Shown here one piece after another: positions 13,631 through 25,830 of a DNA stretch of 64,000 nt. The stretch is from Chiloscyllium plagiosum (lineage: Eukaryota). Under the pieces are notes generated by a model, which searched no databases, was not told the origin of the DNA, and saw only the letters and a list, made by a program, of their open reading frames with translations. The translations under genes were made by a program, and so were the position numbers. Location: positions 34,995,376-35,059,375 of the forward strand of contig NC_057718.1 in the NCBI RefSeq assembly GCF_004010195.1. Direction: 5' to 3'. Positions within the stretch are counted from its first letter, which is position 1. Each line of letters opens with the position of its first letter.

Positions 13631-13968
13631 TCCTAATCAGTCCTTATGGTTTGAGTTTTGCAAACACTGGTCAGTCAAGCATATTTGGCTTGGCATTCTG
13701 CCCACAGTGGACAGTCAAAGGGATATATTGTTTGATATGATCTGCCTGTCACTGGGCCATCTGGCCTATGTATATGGCATCACACTGGCACTGAAATCCA
13801 TATGCCACATTACTCATTTGCATGGTAGGAGAGTGTCATTTTGTCTTGATGAGATTATCCCACTGGTAGGGAAAACCACTGGTGTGTTTACTGCAAAGTA
13901 GCAGTGTGAAATGGCCAGCTTGGCCTGCTTTACTTTTTGAGAGAGCTGTAATGATAAGTAATGATAAG

Positions 13969-14288
13969 TGGGCGGCACGGTGGCACAGTGGTTAGCACTG
14001 CTGCCTCACAGCGCCCGAGACCCGGGTTCAATTCCCGCCTCAGGCGACTGACTGTGTAGAGTTTGCACGTTCTCCCCGTGTCTGCGTGGGTTTCCTCCGG
14101 GTGCTCCGGTTTCCTCCCACAGTCCAAAGATGTGCAGGTCAGGTGAATTGACCATGCTAAATTGCCCGTAGTGTTAGGTAAGGGGTAATTGTAGGGGTAT
14201 GGGTGGGTTGCGCTTCGGCGGGTCAGTGTGGACTTGTTGGGCCGAAGGGCCTGTTTCCACACTGTAAGTAATCTAATTCAAAATCTAA
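13969..14288 (+). mobile_element. Young full-length HE1-type SINE
   Basis: CpG-rich, A/B-box-like head (tggcacagtgg; gggttcaattcc), near-identical to 29518-29840, aatct tail. Confidence 0.95.
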
Positions 14289-16314
14289 TTCATTTAACTA
14301 AGCCTCATAATGTGGTAAGCCTCACTTCTGCAGAAGGAGCCAATAATGATCCAAATGTGAAGACATCATCATGCAGCAAGAGACAACCCTGTGGGACAGT
14401 ATTATGTGAAATGGAGAGAGTGAAAACAAATAGTCTTTTCTGTCCAGTTCTAATTCCTGGCATGCTTGCGTGTGATATTAAACAGCTTAGAGATCTCTTG
14501 TTTGTACCTCATAAACATCAATTTTACTCATTTAAATGATGTTGTGAACATGACAATCACACTTTGTGAAATGCCCTCTTACCTTAAAATCCCTGTGAGG
14601 TCATGAAAGGATGTGGCCAGTTTTAATGAGAAAGGAACCATGGGCAGAAGTTTGTCCCAGTCATAAAACTTAGTAGCCCACCATTTAAACAAAGGCCAAC
14701 ATTGTACTGTTCAGTGTGTGTGGTGTTTTTGGAGGTATTTTGTCAGGCGATCAATATAGCATTGTCATCATTATCTGTTCTCTCTGTGTTGATTGACTTG
14801 GCTTCAAGGTTTAATTAAAGTGAAACTATACGTGTATATGCACACATCAAGCACTGTGAAAGGGTGAGGTGATACAATAGCACACATTGTAAAGGCTTGA
14901 TTATCTCTTTCAGTTAACTTAATGGGTGCTACAAGTGTTAAATCAGCTCTTAATGATTAACAATTGGCGCTAGTTTTCTAGAACATTACCAAAACTTTAC
15001 TGGGGCAACTCTTGCATCCATCTGACCCACCTCTCGCTGATCCCAGAGAACCACTCGGGGTCTCCTTCACTGATTCATTTTCAGCAGGTTCTGTCTGAGT
15101 GTGATTGCCATTAACACAGAGAGTTTTTTGATGCTTGAATGGGAGTGGCAGAATGTGCCAAAAAGATGATTGTAACAGCTTAAAGGGATGGGCAGTTTGC
15201 ACAGTGAATGAAACTTCTTGTTTTCTGATAATGTAATAACATCCAACTGTTGCCGTGTCCCGGACAACGAATCCATTAACTCTGCTGTTGTCATTCCACC
15301 AGCAGTAATATTGAGTATTCTGTTGTCTACATATGTTCCCCATACATAGTGCTCCTCTCACAATGATGATGGAAAATGTGATGTGTACCGCGTATTCACC
15401 AGAGCTTCTTAATTTGAACATTCCGACCAATATTTAGATTTGCACTTCCTCTACTGTCTGACTTTAACTGTCTGAACTTCACATTTTAGGGATCTGTTGG
15501 AACAAGAACAAGAACAAGAACACTCCCAAATCTCTATTCCCACCCACCTGATTAATGCAAGAAAATCAAGAGCAAACCTATGTCTATAATGTGTTCATAG
15601 CTCTTGATGCTTATTGCTAGATCCCCCAAGTGCAGTTTTCAGTAGGTTTAGAGAGCATGATGATGATAAGATGATATAACAGTAATTAAAATTGTATCAG
15701 AAAAAATCACTTTCACAGTTTTGCCAGTACAGAATCGGGAAGGAATTAAGGATAGAGAAAAATGAGATTGAAGGAAAACCCAAAGTAGATGCAGCCATCT
15801 TTAGGTAAGTAATAGATTGGCTCAGCAGCTGATCCTCAGTTTGATGGCTGTTGAAACAGTACTTGTACTTTATTTGCTGTGAGAAGCTGGTTTTCTGAAG
15901 CACTAAATGGCACCAGTCCCACAAGTCAGCATTGCCCTAAGCCTGGCCATCTGAAGGTAGTGGTGGAGTCAAAGGTGACTATGATGATCAGTGGATGGAC
16001 AACATAATGGAGGTCTATGTGCAGAAATTCTAAATTTAGCTTTCTCTCATGGTGATAGTGGCTGTACAAATAATGTAAAGGAGGTAAAAGAGCACAAACA
16101 CTTTCTTTTCTCTTCTGATACAAGAACTCTGTCTGATTACATTGCTGCAGTTGAAAAAGGCTCACTATGTAGCTGGCACCGAGAAAATTGATTAGTGTAG
16201 ATAGTCGAATCTACACTGGTATCGCTATGGAGCAATCTAGTTGATCTCACTAACCTCCTCTTTCCTCATACCTTTGCAATTTTCTTTCCCCTCACATACT
16301 TATTTTACTCACTT

Positions 16315-16790
16315 TTGAAAACTAACTTAGTGTACAAAATCCCATGCAAGGACTGCACAAAACACTACATAGGACAAACAGGAAGACAGCTAACGATCCG
16401 CATCCATGAACACCAACTAGCCACGAAACGACATGACCAGCTATCCTTAGTAGCCACACACGCAGATGACAAGCAACATGAATTCGACTGGGATAACACT
16501 ACTATTATAGGACAAGCCAAACAGAGAACAGCCAGGGAATTCCTACAGGCATGGCACTCATCCACAGATTCAATCAATAAGCACATCGACCTGGACCCAA
16601 TATACCGACCATTGCAGCGGACAGCTGGAACTAACAACCAGAAGCGGCAGATTCAAACCACTACAAATGCCGGAGGAAAGATCACAGAAGCGCTTCACAG
16701 GAGGCTCCCAAGCACTGAGGATGTCACCTAGACAGGGGACGAAACGTCTGCAACACAAATTCCCAGCACGGCGATCAGAACCACAACAAT
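16315..16790 (+). mobile_element. 5'-truncated Penelope-like element: GIY-YIG endonuclease plus 3' terminal repeat
   Basis: VYKIPCKDCTKHYIGQTGRQLTIRIHEH...REFLQAWH...IN, a typical PLE GIY-YIG domain in an open 138-aa frame. Confidence 0.93.
16712..16751 (+). ncRNA. Minimal type I hammerhead ribozyme motif, core intact
   Basis: GCA-CUGAGGA-U-GUCaCCU(AGAC)AGGgGAC-GAAA-CGUC-UGC; predicted cleavage after C16748. Confidence 0.75.
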
Positions 16791-16873
16791 TTCCAGCATT
16801 TCTCGTTCGTATTCCAGGTTATCTACACATTGCTGTGGTGTTGTACACAATTAGTCAACCATTCTGTCCCCAC

Positions 16874-17042
16874 GAGGTAAAAACAATGACTGCAGATGCT
16901 GGAAACCAGATTCTGGATCAGTGGTGCTGGAAGAGCACAGCAGTTCAGGCAGCATCCAAGGAGCTTCGAAATCGACGTTTCGGGCAAAAGCCCTTCATCA
17001 GGAATAAAGGCAGTGAGCCTGAAGCATGGAGAGATAAGCTAG
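16874..17042 (-). mobile_element. Penelope pLTR mini-insertion with 9-bp TSD
   Basis: Same repeat family as the ends of the PLEs at 32896 and 54002; tgtccccac at 16865-16873 and 17043-17051. Confidence 0.85.
16970..17005 (-). ncRNA. Minimal hammerhead motif, core intact, weak stem I
   Basis: Minus strand AUUC-CUGAUGA-A-GGGC(UUUU)GCCC-GAAA-CGUC-GAUU. Confidence 0.65.
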
Positions 17043-20000
17043 TGTCCCCACTACAATTCCAACTTGTGTTGGAGTAGCCGCCTTGCTAATATTTCCAGTC
17101 TCTCAACTAGGTGAGTTGCGCATCCAGCCTTTCATGTGCTGCAAACTAATTTAAATTGGGTGAAGTAACTCCTGTTACCATGTTCTAGCCTCTTGACTGA
17201 GATGCTGGTGCAACTTTACTATGTTCAGAGTGATAGATTTGTAATACAAGATTGCATTATAAATCAGTTTGTTACTTCACTCTCATCACTAACTCAGGAA
17301 GCCCAACTGGTAAGGACATCATTTATTGCTGAACACAAAATAGAGCCACTATACATGGCAATATAGACCAGTTTCCCAAAATAAAGTTAGAATGCAACCA
17401 ATTGATTTATAGTTTACAACTTACGAATCTTTCAATGGAACATGATTAAATGGCATTATAGGATTAGTTAACCATTGTTCAACTTCAGAAAAAGTGATCA
17501 AAGATTAGCATATGCGAAAGACAAACTCTTCCTTTATTTATATCGGATAAGACAGAAAATGATTCAACATTAAAGTAAATTGACAAAATGGCTAAAAGAA
17601 ATTGGATTGTTTTGCCTGTAACAATTGCAAAAGGATCTGACTTTCATCAAAATCTGCAGAAAAAATAAAACCAGGTTGGAATTATTTTTAACAGTGATGT
17701 CTCAATAATTTTGTAAATAGACTGTGACTTGGTAATCATTTGTAATTCAACTAAAGCACATTTCAGTTCTGTGTGATGACTGGTTTCTAATTGCTTTAAT
17801 TGAATGGGGTATTTCCAACCCATGCTAATACAGTAATTCACTGTATCAGAACAACAAGAGTTATTAAAACAGGTGGAGTCAGGCCTTTGACCTTTGGCCA
17901 TTTAAAATCACATGTGAATCATTTTTTGTGTGTGTAATTCGATTGACCTGCTGTTCAGCAACATAGGTGAACAGTATGAAAGTGGTGGGGGTTATTCAAA
18001 CAAGTATGATTTCTTTTAACTTGACCTTAATGGGAACAATCAATGTTATTTGACAAAGGTTTCCATTGAGCTTACATTTTTTAATTGCAGATTTTTCTTG
18101 CTTTCCTACACTACCAGCAGGAATAAATGTTGAACTGTGCACACAACAGACCTTAAATGGCAGAGCAGCCATTCTTAAAAAGATTAAACTGGTGTATTTG
18201 AGAGGCCAGAATACTGGCTGCGCTTGTTATCCTATCTGATTGTGAGCTGTAGTCCTGTCCCTTTGCTACCTTTAAGCAAAACAGAGTGGAGGTACAACAA
18301 CTTCCAATTGGACTTTTCACTTGTCCCCCCATCTACTCTGAGAGAAAATCATCTGCTGGGAGTTTTGTCCAGATAACCTTGTCCATCCCCATATTCGCTT
18401 TTCCAAACCAACAACCTTCGCAGATAGTCCATGAAGATGGTTGAAGATGGATAAACTGAGAAACCTACTAATAGCCACAATTGCTAGGTCCAATTTGCTG
18501 AAAAAAATATGTTGCTGAGTACACTGAAGAGAAACTGTAAGAGCAAACTCCACATTTTCACAATGTTTCCATTAAGCAATAATTATGTCTCCTTACATCA
18601 CTAGATTAAAAGGCATCCCTTTGTACAATGGCATCATAAGCATGTACAAAGTCTATATTGATATGTGACAACTTCAACATCGACATTAAAGGAGCTGATG
18701 GCCTCAAGTAACCTGTGTGATATTGCTCAATGTCAACAGGCTCGATCAAAGTCTTTCACAGACTAGTTTGTTCAGGGATTACAAATATTTTAAAGGGGAA
18801 CTGATTTTAGGAAAATGAATGTCTGGCAATGCTTTGTTCACAAGCACGTAGTGCATACACTTGAATCATTGTGAACAGTGTCATTTTGACAAAGGTGACA
18901 AGTGAACTTTCCTGTTCATTACAAAGAAAAGCTGCTCTGACACCTATGGATCATTGTAACCAGGCCTCAAACAGCAGGTCTAGTGTCGGTCTCAGTAAAC
19001 TGCTTGACATTGTTTGGTGACTGAGAACACTCATTTAAGAATAATTGGGCTGCTCAGATATTTTGCCAGTGTACAGTTGTTGCTGGTTACTTGAGCAGCT
19101 TGGAGCACTGGTGCGGAACATAAACACAGCTAAAGAGAGATTTGTCATGCATGATGTTTTGGTTTAACAAAAAGCTGTGGCACCCTAAAAATAAAACTGT
19201 GAGTAAATGATTATGTACTAAAACCTGGACATTGCCCTTACAGACATTGGCAAACATCCCACCGAAACTGCAACATAGACTTTCATGGGAGGCATGTGAC
19301 ATTCTCGTTAACATAAAATTATTTTATGGTGGAGTTGCCATATGTAAAGTAGTAGATGTTAATAACCTTTTACAACAATTTTTTTGAGATCACCTGAGCG
19401 TTTTTATCATGTTTAAAAAAAATGAATAAGGAACTAGGCCTATTCTCAGACTCCTTTTTAATCTCCGTTACTCCACATTGCTTCTAATCAACAGCTAAAA
19501 CAATACTCTGCCAATCTCAGTCTTAAAAACATTAATTGAATCAGATTGCAGAATCTTCTGAGAGAAAAAAACCCCGACTTCCATTACCCTTTCTATGAGA
19601 AACAAGCTTTTTAATTTCAGACCTATTGTTGTAAGGTAAAAATGTTGCCATCATGTTGAGGTTTCCCCAATCCAATAGAAATTGCCTCACATCTTTGGCC
19701 TAGACTTTGTAAATGAGACGTGTGCACGCGTGGGAAGAATTCCTGGCTCCACGAATCAAAACTCTTATACATTGCTTCCCAGATAGCAAATTGTCAGTCT
19801 GGGTGGTAGCAGGCCATTTTAGAAGCTAACCCTGGAAGTAGTTTGGAGGACGCCAGGTGCAGAGGTGGGTTAGATGGAAGACTTGCATTTATTCTGATGA
19901 TTATTATATCAACCATGTAGTTTTAAGCCACTAGGGGAAGTCTTCAGGCTTATGTCAAGAAAGTGAAATAGTGATTTTATTTTTAATTAGTCCTTTAGTT

Positions 20001-20310
20001 TCATGGATTTAAAGAGCAGGATGTTTAAAAGCCTTGACAGTTTGACACGTCCTTCTGATGGTTACTTTTGAAAGTTCTTCTTGATACATTTGACAGATCC
20101 TCTTAACAAGTCCTCCTGACAGTTTTGAGAAATGATTTTGGTAGGTCTGTTGACAATTCCAATGAACTTCACAGTTATTGATCTACTCTCTTTTTACACA
20201 CTTTTAACGATTGCAAACAGCACCTTACCTCTCCCAAAGGGCAGTTTACCTCCCAAAAGCTGACCTGGACTCATATCACGAGATACATTACCAGTATGAA
20301 TGAGCGTTCT

Positions 20311-20426
20311 GGTAAAAACAATAACTGCAGATGCTGGAAACCAGATTCTGGATCAGTGGTGCTGGAAGTGCACAGCAATTCAGGCAGCATCCAACGAGCA
20401 GCAAAATCGACGTTTCGGACAAAAGC
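20311..20426 (-). mobile_element. Penelope pLTR fragment, truncated within the hammerhead
   Basis: Near-identical to 16876-16991. Confidence 0.85.
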
Positions 20427-21419
20427 AATCCAAAGAAATTCACAAATATGCAAAGCTGCTCTTACCACAGACTTCGAGTCTCAGATTTCTAGGCTACCAA
20501 GATGTGACTTAAGTGAAGGTAGCTGATGATTGAAATGGCTAGCTGTTTCTGTTAACTATGCATGCACAAAGCAGAATGGGATGTGCTGCATTTGCGGGTG
20601 GGATTTGGCATTTCCTGGTTTGCCCACCATTATTGCTGTAGTGCAAAAGGTCTCTATCTTGATGAGGATTCAGACTTTTGTTACCATTCATGAAAACCTA
20701 TGGATTCGCCTGTTTGGTATAGGCACCTTCTTGACATTTCTTTGGTACTCTAGTGGTTACCAATTTTCTTCCCTCCTTTTCAAAACCAAGTGTTAGAATG
20801 CAAATCTATGGGGTTCAACCAACACTCTCTCTAAGGTGTCTCCCTGGGCTCCAAAGTTTTACACACAGACATTGATATTGACACACCCATCACGGTACTG
20901 GTTTCACACACAGACCTTGGGACATGTGCAGTCAGAAAGAAAATCAGGGGGAACACTAGTGTGCACCATTCTCCTCTCTCTTGTTAGAGTAGGCAAAAAC
21001 AGAATGGGTATAGGCAAGCACAATTGTCTTTGCTAGTTTTCTGTATTCTGTTTTTCTCTGTCTTGAATTGAGAGAAAAGAATATTTCATAAAGAATATTT
21101 CTGCAGAAGAACTTGAAAACACGTTCTGATATACACATGAAGCTGAATGGGTAAGTTGCCAACTGTGATGAAATCCAGGTCTGGAGATGTCACCTCCTCC
21201 CATCCAATACCTTAGCTATTATTTGGCCAACATTCCCCTAGTGCACTGCTTTCCTGGGCCAATTAGAAAGCACCTAGGCATTTGATCCTCAACTGTCGGC
21301 CACACAGTTTTAGTTCTCCCATTTCCAATGATTTTAAATTCTAGTAAATGAACCTTTCAAAGCAAATGATATGATAAAAGCATAGCACAGAGTCTTACAG
21401 AGGCCTGAGTGACATGGGC

Positions 21420-21690
21420 TATGGCGAGAAGGCATTTGGGAGTCTTCAACCAGAAATCACAGAAAGCTAGCATCTATGGTCAGCAGGTAATAGGGAAGGC
21501 AACTGGAATGTTGGCTTTGTTTTGGGAGGTGATGTAAAAAAATTATACAAGGTACACATCAGACCACAACTAAAATACTGGGAACAGTTTTGAACCTCTT
21601 ACATGAGGAAAACTACACAGTGCATTGGCAGCAGTCTACAGCAGATACGATGCTGGTACAAGGTATGGAGGAGAGGTTGAGTAGGTTGAT
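21420..21690 (+). mobile_element. Decayed CR1 fragment (post-RT region)
   Basis: atcacagaaagctagcatc...cagcaggtaatagggaaggcaactggaatgttggc. Confidence 0.6.
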
Positions 21691-21789
21691 GTAATAACTC
21701 AGGAAACCCAAATGGAAAGGAACATCATTTATTTTTAATCACCAAAATAGAACCACTACTTATGGCATACATAAGCTCATCCCAGCAGA

Positions 21790-22125
21790 GGCATGTGTGG
21801 TTAATAGCCTAGGATAGTTGGGTGGGTGAAATTGAGTGAGGGAAGATATTATATTCAATCACAAGAATGGTAGAGACTGAGCCTTTGTGGGAGGAGGGCA
21901 GAGACAGTGAGTGTGAGATACCAGAGAGAAGATGGTGTCACTCATGATACCCAAGCTGATGTGGTCATTGACTTTCTTTCTTCAGTACTGCGCATTGCTG
22001 AGGCTACACAGACCCAGGCAGCAACCTTGGACCAGGCTGGCATGATCTGCTGGCATGGTCTGCTGTCATGGCCTCCTCTGGATTTCCTTGGAGAAGAAGG
22101 TGTCCATTCTGCTCACCAACCTGTC
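21790..22125 (-). mobile_element. PIF/Harbinger Myb/SANT-like gene fragment
   Basis: Minus-strand QIMPAWSKVAAWVCVASAMRST then, after a frameshift, KKVNDHIS; fits the W..VA..V......R...RKK.NDL pattern. Confidence 0.55.
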
Positions 22126-22562
22126 CAACAGTTTTGAGCCTCTTACAAAAGATAAACTACACAGTGCATTGGTAGCAGTCTACAGAAGGTACAATGCTGG
22201 TACAAGATGTGGAGGAGAGGTTGAGTAGGTTGATGTAATAACTCAGGAAACCCAACTGGAAAGGAACATCATTTATTGTTGAACACCAAAAGAGAACCAC
22301 TAGTCATGGCATACATAGGCTCCATCCCTGTTTACAAGGCAGGGCGCCAATGATCCCTTCTCTGCTCTATCTGATGCAAATGTCAGGAAATGTGCTCACA
22401 GCACTTGCCTGGGTACACAACAACATTTTTAAAATGCCATAGTGCCAGAAATGCTGATCCAATTTAGGATATCCTGGCAGTGGCGAGTTAATGCGAGTCA
22501 AGAAAGTGGTAGAGTGAGCCTAGAATCAAATGTGGGTGGGGTAGGAAGTAAATGTGGTGAGT

Positions 22563-23712
22563 TGGGAGACTGGTTAGCAAGATTAGAGCTCACAAAATGC
22601 TGGGAGAACTAGTCATTTGGTTACAGAACTGGCTCAAAGGTAGAAGATTTTCTACCTTTGGTGGTGGTGGAGGGTTGTTTTTCAGACTGGAGGCCTGTGA
22701 CCAGTGGAGTGCCACAAGGATCTGAGCTGGGTCCTCTACTTTTAGTCACTTACATAAATGATTTGGATGCGATCATAAGAAGTATAGTTAGTAAGTTTGC
22801 TGATGACACCAAAATTGGAGGTGTAGTGGACAGCAAAGAGGGTTACCTCAGATTACAACAGGATCTTGACCAGATGGGCCAATGGGCTGAGAAGTGGCAG
22901 ATGGAGTTTAATTCAGATAAATACGAGGTGCTGCATTTTGGGAAAGCAAATCTTAGCAGGACTTATACACTTAATGGTAAGGTCCTAGGGAGTGTTGCTG
23001 AACAAAGAGACCTTGGAGTGCAAGTTCATAGCTCCTTGAAAGTGGAGTTGCAGGTAGATAGGATAGTGAAGAAGGCATTTGGTATACTTTATTTTATTGG
23101 TCAGAGTATTGAGAACAGGAGTTGGGAGGTCATGTTGTGGCTGTACAGGACATTGGTTAGACCACAGTTGGAATATTGCATGCAATTCTGGTCTCCTTCC
23201 TATCGGAAAGATGTTGTGAAACTTGAAAAGGGTTCAGGAAAGATTTACAAGGATGTTGCCGGGGTTGGAGGATTTGAGCTATAGGGAGAGGCTGAACAGT
23301 CTGGGGCTGTTTTCCCTGGAGCGACGAAGGTTGAGGGGTGACCCCTATAGAGGTTTATAAAATTATGAGGGGCATGGATAGGATAAATAGACCAAACCTT
23401 TTCCCTGGGGTGGGCGACTCTAGAACTAGAGGGCATAGGTTTAGGGTGAGAGGGGAAAAATATAAAAGACACCTAAGGGGCAACTTTTTCACATGGAGGG
23501 TGGTGCATGTATGGAATGAGCTGTCAGAGGCAGTGATGGAGGCTGGTACAATTGCAACATTTAAGAGGCATTTGGGTGGGTATATGATTTGGAAGGGTTT
23601 GGAGGGATATGGGCTGGGTGCTGGCCTGTAGGACTAGGTTGGGTTGGGATATCTGGGTTGGACTGAAGGGTCTGTTTCCATGCTGTACATCTCTATGACT
23701 CTATGACTCTAT
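22563..23712 (+). mobile_element. 5'-truncated CR1 LINE (RT C-terminal half to tail)
   Basis: 208-aa ORF with SGVPQGS and KFADDTK; tail ctctatgactctatgactctatg. Confidence 0.95.
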
Positions 23713-23885
23713 GTGGTGAGAAGCCTCGTTAGGCCTCATGCAGAGGAACCCTCCACAAAACCCGACAAAATTGACAGAGGCAAGAAAAATATATGATTCA
23801 GCCCAATATTTTTAATCAGACTGATTTTTCCCGAAGATTGAATATATCCTGGAGGTTGATTTTCAACTCCTGGGAAATCCTAGTC

Positions 23886-24354
23886 CAGGGGTGGGGAACC
23901 TGTGGCCTTAAGGCCGCATCTGGCCTTCAAGGCCATTGTGTGTGGCCTTTTGAATGAATCCAAATTTTGCAACATGCACGAGAAATGCTTTCTTGCTTTT
24001 CAACCACTTATTGCTGTGAACCTACATTCTCCTACTTAACCAAAATCAAGACACCCTTAAGGTCACAAATGACGGATACCCATCTAGAGGATCAGCTAAA
24101 ACTGCAGACCTCCATGCTGCAACTAAATATTCAAATGTTTTCCTACAAAAAGCAGTCACAACAAAGTCATTAAAAGGTTAGTTAACTTTAGAATTAACTT
24201 TTTTTTCTTTTTTTTAGTTAGTACATAGTAGTTAGATTTTTAAAAAATAATGTGAATTTTGAAGAATATATAATTGAAGTTTCTTGGATGTGGCCTTATT
24301 AGATTACAACTAACATAATGCGGCCTTCCAACATGAAAAGGTACCCCACCTCTG
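23886..24354 (+). mobile_element. Non-autonomous hAT/Charlie-type DNA transposon (469 bp) retaining the transposase C-terminus
   Basis: TIRs caggggtggggaacct / aggtaccccacctctg; 8-bp TSD tcctagtc / acctagcc; peptide FSTTYCCEPTFS..TKIKT..RSQMTD.HL...KQSQQSH* (hATC dimerisation region). Confidence 0.9.
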
Positions 24355-25074
24355 ACCTAGCCCAATCTTGGATGGTTTCATTAATAGTAGCTATGTTGTC
24401 GCTGAAGTTGCTGTCCTTTACATCTCGGCAGTGATACACAGATGGTTAACAGAAAAAATGCAAAGGAGAAAACGTACTGATGATATGTTTAAATGAAGCT
24501 CTCAGTGTTGGTAATTAGGTTCTTCATAAAAGTTGCAACATGCCAAATCCCCTCTATGCTATTTTTTTACCAATTACAGTCCACTTGCTGTTGGATAAAC
24601 AGTCAAGGCCTTCTGCACAACAATATTCACTCATCTATTTGCATCTGCAAATCAGAATATAGACCTGGGCTGACCCCTATCTTGAATTTCAAAAGAGCAG
24701 ATGGGATCAGCAGATCATAGTCACATTTTTCAAACAGCATGCATTTTTTCTGAGTCATTTCCGTTGGATCCCACTCAATGTCCTGATACATTACAGGGAT
24801 AGAAGACATACAAATTCCTTGCATCAGATAGCATATGTTTAAGGTGCTGAAGAAAGCTGTGCACAGATTAGTCATGGTCTTGAAAAAGAATCATTGAGAA
24901 CTTGAAGCCTCTACCAGCCAGGAAGCAATTAAAGACATTATTTTGTATTTTAGCATGGAGACAAATCTGGTCTAGATAACCAGAGCTCATTAACTTAACA
25001 TCAAAGGCAGGCAAAGGAATGGAATCCATAACATGGAGTGATCTAGAGGAGTGTACATTTAGCCATTTAGTATC

Positions 25075-25830
25075 AGTTTTAGTTAAGTGGTAGCACTCTT
25101 GCCTCTGGGTCTGAAGATTGTAAACTCAAGGGCTGTTCCAGAGCTTTGAGTACAAGATTTGGCTGATACTTCAATACAGTAACTTAGGAGTGGTACCCCA
25201 TGGAAAGGTTTGCCTTTTGGATAGGTTGCTAATCCAAGACCCTATCTATAGCCTCATCTGTATGTATAAATATACAATTGGTATTATTTGGAAAAAAAGC
25301 AAAAGAGAATATCAATGATCTTGTCAGCATGTCATAGATTCCCTACAGCATGGAAACAGGCCATTTGGCCCAACAAGTCCACACCAACCCTCCAAAGAGT
25401 AACCCACCTAGATCCATTCCCCTACCCTATTATTCTAAATTTATCCCTGACTAAAGCAGCAAACCTACACATCCCTGAACACTACAGGTAATTTAGCATG
25501 GCCAATTCACCTGACCTGCACATCTTTGGACTGTGGGAGAAAATCAGAGTACCCAGAGGAAATCCATGCAGACACGGGAGAATATGCAAACTCCACACAG
25601 TCGTCAGAGGCTGGAATCAAACCTGGGTCTTTGGCACTGTGAGGCAGCAGTGATAACCACTGAGCCACTGTGTCATCTTCACAAGCATCAGTGAAGGTCA
25701 TTTGTCCCATGTCTCTTCGTGAGATGGTGTGTGCAAATTTGTCTTCATTTCCCTGCATTACAGTCACAAATCTTCAATGGTACTCCAATGGCTGTGCAAT
25801 GCTCTTGGAAGGCATCAAATGGTTCTCTCA
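25075..25830 (+). mobile_element. DeuSINE (SacSINE1-like) split by an HE1 SINE
   Basis: Head gtggtagcactcttgcctctgggtc; resumes after 25676 with gtgtgtgcaaatttg...cattacagt...ggctgtg. Confidence 0.6.
25331..25675 (-). mobile_element. HE1-type SINE
   Basis: Reverse complement of the HE1 head, V domain and tail. Confidence 0.9.

Noticed and set aside
13970..14045. tRNA gene-like sequence
   Set aside because: It is the tRNA-derived head of an HE1 SINE, repeated in many copies.
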